NCBI GenBank assembly: GCA_035480715.1
Contig: DATIHL010000007.1
Coordinates: 5,828-69,827 of the forward strand
Direction of reading: 5' to 3'
Length of the DNA: 64,000 bases
DNA from: Candidatus Saccharimonadales bacterium
GTDB lineage: Bacteria > Patescibacteriota > Saccharimonadia > Saccharimonadales > UBA10212
Below, piece after piece: positions 63,008 through 64,000 of this stretch. The notes beneath the pieces are model-generated. The model was not told the DNA's origin. It did not search any database and worked only from the letters and a program-made list of their open reading frames with translations. The position numbers were made by a program, and so were the translations under genes. The first letter of the stretch is position 1; each line of letters starts with the position of its first letter.

Positions 63008-64000
63008 AATAAACTAGCCTGTTCATTTTGATTAAGCTGTTCCCGGTCTTCAGGGCTAAATACGTGTACGGTACCGTATTCGCCGTCGTAGCCGGGTTCG
63101 ATGTGGAGTTTGCCGGCTCGTACGTGCCTGACACCCTCGGCAATTGTCGGGTTGGTGGCTGATTCTATATCTTCTATGGATGTATCTAGCAGGATTGTTA
63201 ATTCATTGTCGAAGGCTTGAAGCAGAACTTCATAACTTGCGGCAACTTTTTTAGTGCCGACTTTGACTTCCAAGGCTTCGGCGATGATTTCTTCCAGTGG
63301 TACCAGCGACCAAAATTGGGGTGCGCCTTCGGGCTTAAAATTCTCGGGTCGATCGGCCAGTTTTTCAACTCGGGAGAGCACTCCAACTGTTACGGGCCGG
63401 CCGCACACTGTACATATGCCTTTGTGCGCTTTGGTTTCTTGCGGACTCCAACGAATTTTATGAGCGCTGTGACCATCAAAATGATACTTGCCTTCTTCCG
63501 GGAAAAACTCAATAGTCCCAAGTAGTTTAGTTTGTAAAGTTGGTTGCTTAGCCACTCTATTTGGGCTTCCATTTTTTAGAGCTTGCACCATACCGTCATA
63601 ACTCATTTCACCTTTAAACTTTGTAGCCTCGCGGCCGATTTTAGCTGCCGAATGAGCATCTGAGCTAGAAATCAAGGCTACATTATCAAGCGCGCCCCAG
63701 CGCCAATTCATTGCCGGATCAGACGATAAGCCGGTTTCTATCGCTACAATTTTTGGCGTTAGCTCTTCAAAGCATTCTTCCAATGAATCAAAGCCAGACA
63801 TTGAGCCCAAGATACCAAACCAAGGAGTCCAGGCGTGGGCCGGTATCACCATAGCGTCCGGATGTGCTGCATATGCCAGTTCTGTTATTTGCTTTACACT
63901 TAGGCCGACAATCGGCCGTCCATCGCTGGAAAGCTTTGCTCCGCGCGCTTCTAAGCTGCGGTTAAAATTGGCCGCTGCTTCGAGCGAAGGCAGCATGACA
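63004..64000 (-). CDS. endonuclease Q-like (PHP-associated) protein, C-terminal ~330 aa; gene continues past the right edge
   Basis: The reading frame is open to base 64000, and the track's Met at 63996 is internal. VIPAHAWTPWFGILGS, LSSDPAMNW and SSSDAHS are present, as is the zinc-finger CTVCGRPVTVGVLSRV typical of the EndoQ/TIGR00375 family. Confidence 0.65.
   Translation of the reverse strand, partial: VMLPSLEAAANFNRSLEARGAKLSSDGRPIVGLSVKQITELAYAAHPDAMVIPAHAWTPWFGILGSMSGFDSLEECFEELTPKIVAIETGLSSDPAMNWRWGALDNVALISSSDAHSAAKIGREATKFKGEMSYDGMVQALKNGSPNRVAKQPTLQTKLLGTIEFFPEEGKYHFDGHSAHKIRWSPQETKAHKGICTVCGRPVTVGVLSRVEKLADRPENFKPEGAPQFWSLVPLEEIIAEALEVKVGTKKVAASYEVLLQAFDNELTILLDTSIEDIESATNPTIAEGVRHVRAGKLHIEPGYDGEYGTVHVFSPEDREQLNQNEQASLF

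Noticed and set aside
1-64000. CRISPR arrays, rRNA genes, transposases/IS elements, prophage and toxin-antitoxin pairs
   Set aside because: I scanned for regularly spaced direct repeats, DDE or serine/tyrosine recombinase motifs and small paired ORFs. None was found beyond the palindromes and intragenic repeats reported above.

Overview
The window reads as an origin-proximal chromosomal segment of a small-genome, Gram-positive-type bacterium. Gene content and style are compatible with Saccharibacteria/CPR, but that is inference only and no search was run. There are four blocks. (1) 0.2-1.8 kb holds two tandem tRNA-Ser genes, comF and hsp20. (2) 1.8-18.7 kb is a type IV secretion (T4SS)-like locus. 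It has eight tandem VirB2/T4SS-pilin-like paralogues on the minus strand. Diverging from them are a 942-aa VirB6-like polytopic protein, a PrgI/VirB3-like protein, a VirB4 ATPase preceded by a VirB4-N-domain-like ORF, an 818-aa orphan membrane protein and a lysozyme plus degenerate-LytM cell-wall hydrolase. No relaxase, coupling protein or integrase is present in the window. A ~0.77 kb GC-rich (~60% versus ~40-45%) foreign-looking insert carrying a 4-TM ORF sits inside this locus. (3) 18.7-24.9 kb is the replication-origin block, recF-dnaN-dnaA-rnpA-rpmH on the minus strand and yidC-jag on the plus strand. DnaA-box-like motifs flank dnaA on both sides. (4) 24.9-56.9 kb is a ~32 kb surface-glycan locus. 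It encodes GDP-Man/GDP-Fuc, UDP-Glc/Gal and GlcN-6-P precursor genes, many GT2/GT4 enzymes, a GT11 fucosyltransferase, three or four methyltransferases, a GT4-GT2-methyltransferase fusion, Wzm/Wzt with a C-terminal glycan-binding extension, a WbaP-like initiating transferase, two O-antigen-ligase-like proteins and GtrA. The last 7 kb carries a LexA-N-domain-only protein, uppP, thiol/redox genes and a truncated EndoQ-like gene. A recurrent palindrome (TACTTAAC-N2-3-GTTAAGTA) marks several gene ends. No CRISPR array, rRNA, transposase or integrase was seen.
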